Positions 61,338 to 64,000 of a stretch of 64,000 nucleotides of DNA are shown one piece after another (within the stretch, counting starts at the first letter, position 1; each line of letters starts with the position of its first letter). The DNA is from Phyllobates terribilis (taxonomy: Eukaryota). The notes under the pieces were generated by a model. The model was not told the DNA's origin and did no database searches. It worked only from the letters and a program-made list of their open reading frames with translations. Both the position numbers and the translations under genes were made by a program. Location of the stretch: NCBI RefSeq assembly GCF_046119375.1, contig NW_027362767.1, forward strand, positions 368,342,001 through 368,406,000, read 5' to 3'.

Positions 61338-62247
61338 TGTTAGGAGGGCGGTTGCAGACAACTTTATTATAATGGAACGCAACCGACCCGGGGTCCGCGA
61401 TGCAGCCTGGAGGACTGTTGCCGAACACTCTCCGGGTGAAACGGAAAGCAACCAACTTAAATGATAAACCCTTCCGTGTTACTGCCCACAGGAATGGGTA
61501 TAGAGGTTCGCTCTATCTCCGTTAACAGCACGGGATATGTGCGACCGGGAAATTATCTGTAGCCCTGTTAACTACACAGGGACTACACTGGCGGCGCTAG
61601 GATGCGTGTGTGACTACGCCGACGAGTACACGTGCCTCCAGCTGGCGTGCTACCGGACTACAGGGAATTACTCCACGTGTCTGACAGACGATGGCCATGA
61701 ACAGGACGTCTGCAGGCTGCTCGGGGTGTTAGGCGACCCCTTTGGCTGAGCCAGACTGCTAGACGAAGCTACCTGCCTCTATGGAGCTAACCTGCCTAGC
61801 GGAAACTACACGTGGAACAGAGTCGTCCACACAACAGCATCACTGCTCAATGATCAGAGCGCGCCGCCATGTTTGTGGGCGGGCCTTTTAAAGACTAAGC
61901 CCTGCCCACCGACGCGCCATTGGTGACGCTACCCATGGACCAATCAGGCGGTGCCAGGTCACCAGGTCAGGTGGGTACCAAACCTCCAATCACGATCCGC
62001 CAGGTCACGGGCATGCTCAGTGCGGCGAATCCTGGACTTAGACTCCAAAAGCCCTGTTTCCCTCTGCAACCTATGCTTAACATTGCTAGGCACAAATACA
62101 CAGGAGACAATCTGCACATCTCGTGGACCAGCTAGGCGTTGGGGCTGATGATGATGCTGAGCAGCATCAGCCCTTGCTGGACCAAAATGGGAGACCGCAG
62201 AAGGTTCTGGACCCATTTCAAATCCAACTACAGACTGACACCTAACA
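61338..62247 (-). repeat. 5' LTR of the sushi-like element
   Basis: Matches 49613-50533 and is adjacent to the gag leader. Confidence 0.95.
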
Positions 62248-63187
62248 TTATGGCCATCTAAACATTACATTAACTCTGCACATGCCATTCCAGAATACTG
62301 GTGCAATGAAGATGATGCCTGTATTATGACCAATTTCCAATACGATGTTGGGGGTGGTATCAAAAAGTTTTACTATTATTTGTTACCTGTCTGTTCCAAA
62401 ATAGTGATATTGATCAGGGTATGTTCCTTTCTGTTCACTTTTGTTTTTACATCCCGATTTTCCAATCACTTTACTTTCCCGTCTTCATACTATAGCTGTA
62501 TGTAGCTGTATGAGTTACTTAATCTTTTTATAGTTTCTTGTTTACTTTTATCTTGATTGTTTTTTATCAAGGGAGATTGACCTTCTTAAGTAATTTGTTT
62601 TACATATTACATATTGTTTTTCGAATACTCTGAGAATCCTTTGCTAATTCAGCATTAAACAATCTTAACAAATATTTAAAACTGTTTGTTCATTTGATTC
62701 ATCCTAAAGTATTATACTGTTTCTTATCTGTAAACCTGATGAAAATAACTTTTTTGGGCCAATTTCATAAGCAATATGTTCTTGAAGTGATTGGGGAACG
62801 TTCCAACGACTATGTGAACAAAGCTTTTGTGTGGACTTACTAGTGATACAACAAATCTTTTTAATTGTATCCATCGTTTTTGCATTTTATGGTTATTGTT
62901 TCTTTGTTTATCCTTAATTGATTCTGACAATTTCTTTATTTCAAATCATCAAAATGTGATCTTTTCTTGTCCAAAATAATATCTAAAACAGGTTCTCAGG
63001 AGATTGGAGTCTGTTTTTCTCCCAGAATCAGAGCAACGCTTTGTTTTCGGACTTGTATTGCCACTCCGTCTCATTTCAATGTAGTACCAGACAGAACCCA
63101 TGGACGAGTGACACTACTTTGGGTAAAAAAAGAGGACCCTTTTTCTCAATCTCAGAACCATTTGGTGTATTTCAAGTGACATCTAAC

Positions 63188-64000
63188 TAGTGTTGAGCCA
63201 CCCCCGTAGTGTTCGAGTTCGGTTCGGTTCGTCGAACACCCGTGTGTTCGCCGAACTGTTCGTCGAACTGTTCGTCGAACACCTTCGAACACCGTTAAAA
63301 CCAATGGCAGGCAAACAAAAACACATAGAAACACATAGAAAACACCTTCAAAGGTGTCCAAAAGCTGACAAACTGCTCAGAAGACACAACTAACACATGG
63401 AAAAGTGACAAGTACATATAGTCATGCGAAAAGAAAAGAGGTGGAGGAGTAAAAGGAGGGGGAGACACAGATATAGGCATGTCATGCCCTTCTAAAATCC
63501 AAAAAGTGAGAAGCCGACACGTTCAGTCCGCTCCTGCCCGTGCCACCTCCGCGTCGCCGGGTTTGTGCCAGAACCGCGGTGAACCCTGACGGCCAGCCCC
63601 CCTCTCCCAATACTGGTGCCTGTCCGCTGGTGGGTCGAGCGAGCCCCCCTGTGGTGGAGGCAGCTCTAAGCTTTTTAATTTAAATTGTCTCTCTAATTTG
63701 AATGAATACACTTTAAATCCATTTACAAGGATCTATTGGAGGGCAAGTCTCATGCCAGCAGCCGCGTAATTCCAGCTCCAGTAGCGTCCACTAAAGCTGC
63801 TGCAGTTAAAAAGCTTTTATAAGGATCGAGCTCGGCTGTCCACCGCAAGGCATCCTACTGCCAGTCCCAGCCCCTATGCCTTGGGGTGCCTCCTGATGCT
63901 CTTCACTGAGTATCCCGTGGTCCCGAAGCATTTCCTTTGAAAAAATTAAGTGTCCAAACTACAGGTGGTGTAGCTTGCTTAACAGCTGGGATAATCCGCA
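63188..64000 (-). mobile_element. Second copy of the 18S-bearing hAT family (runs off the window)
   Basis: Starts TAGTGTTGAGCCACCC and is near-identical to 51654-52465. Confidence 0.95.
63689..63965 (+). pseudogene. 18S rRNA fragment, second copy
   Basis: Same 18S-collinear segment as 52155-52431. Confidence 0.92.

Larger units (their letters stand above)
49613..62247 (-). mobile_element. Non-autonomous sushi/chromovirus-like Gypsy element (RT, RH and IN core deleted), interrupted by a hAT
   Basis: LTRs at 49613-50533 and 61338-62247, TSD TCATG/TTATG, PPT GAAGGGGGGATAA, and a PEG10/RTL-like Gag. Confidence 0.9.

Noticed and set aside
62250-63187. A-rich minus-strand stretch resembling decayed coding DNA
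   Set aside because: Multiple stops and no recognisable motif, so it was left unassigned.
51654-64000. Local segmental duplication explaining the 51.6-52.5 kb and 63.2-64 kb similarity
   Set aside because: Similarity starts exactly at the hAT TIR and the outside flanks differ, indicating independent insertions.

Overview
No host protein-coding gene is recognisable. The window is a stack of nested, mostly decayed transposable elements. The repeat types (TTAA-flanked CCCCTTAA MITEs, TAG(T/A)G(A/T)TG-ended hATs, Gmr1 and sushi-like Gypsy, class I ERV) suggest a vertebrate, probably a frog; this is inferred from repeat content only. Main blocks: (1) a Tc1-superfamily DD38E transposase relic and a TRT-like fragment (1-2720). 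(2) A hAT MITE with a 30-bp minisatellite interrupted by a Penelope terminal-repeat fragment (3498-5890). (3) A Gmr1-like LTR element (6077-23094; SCAN-gag, IN before RT) containing a second full Gypsy (8240-17785), which itself contains a solo LTR (13013-14544); a Penelope element sits in the Gmr1 3' LTR. (4) A full-length hAT with 8-bp TSD (24086-29606). (5) A minus-strand class I endogenous retrovirus (32716-46277, tRNA-His PBS) interrupted by a 5.2-kb TTAA MITE with a palindromic array. (6) A non-autonomous sushi-like Gypsy (49613-62247) interrupted by an 8.8-kb hAT, which contains an L1 fragment split by a solo LTR. (7) A second copy of that hAT at the window end. The most unusual signals are: an ERV Gag with two RanBP2-type zinc fingers and a macrodomain-like module between MA and CA; a ~280-bp 18S rRNA segment in the subterminal region of a hAT family (2 copies); Gypsy LTRs with a second, internal tRNA-Ser PBS; and Penelope-associated minimal hammerhead motifs. 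All calls are by eye, without database searches.
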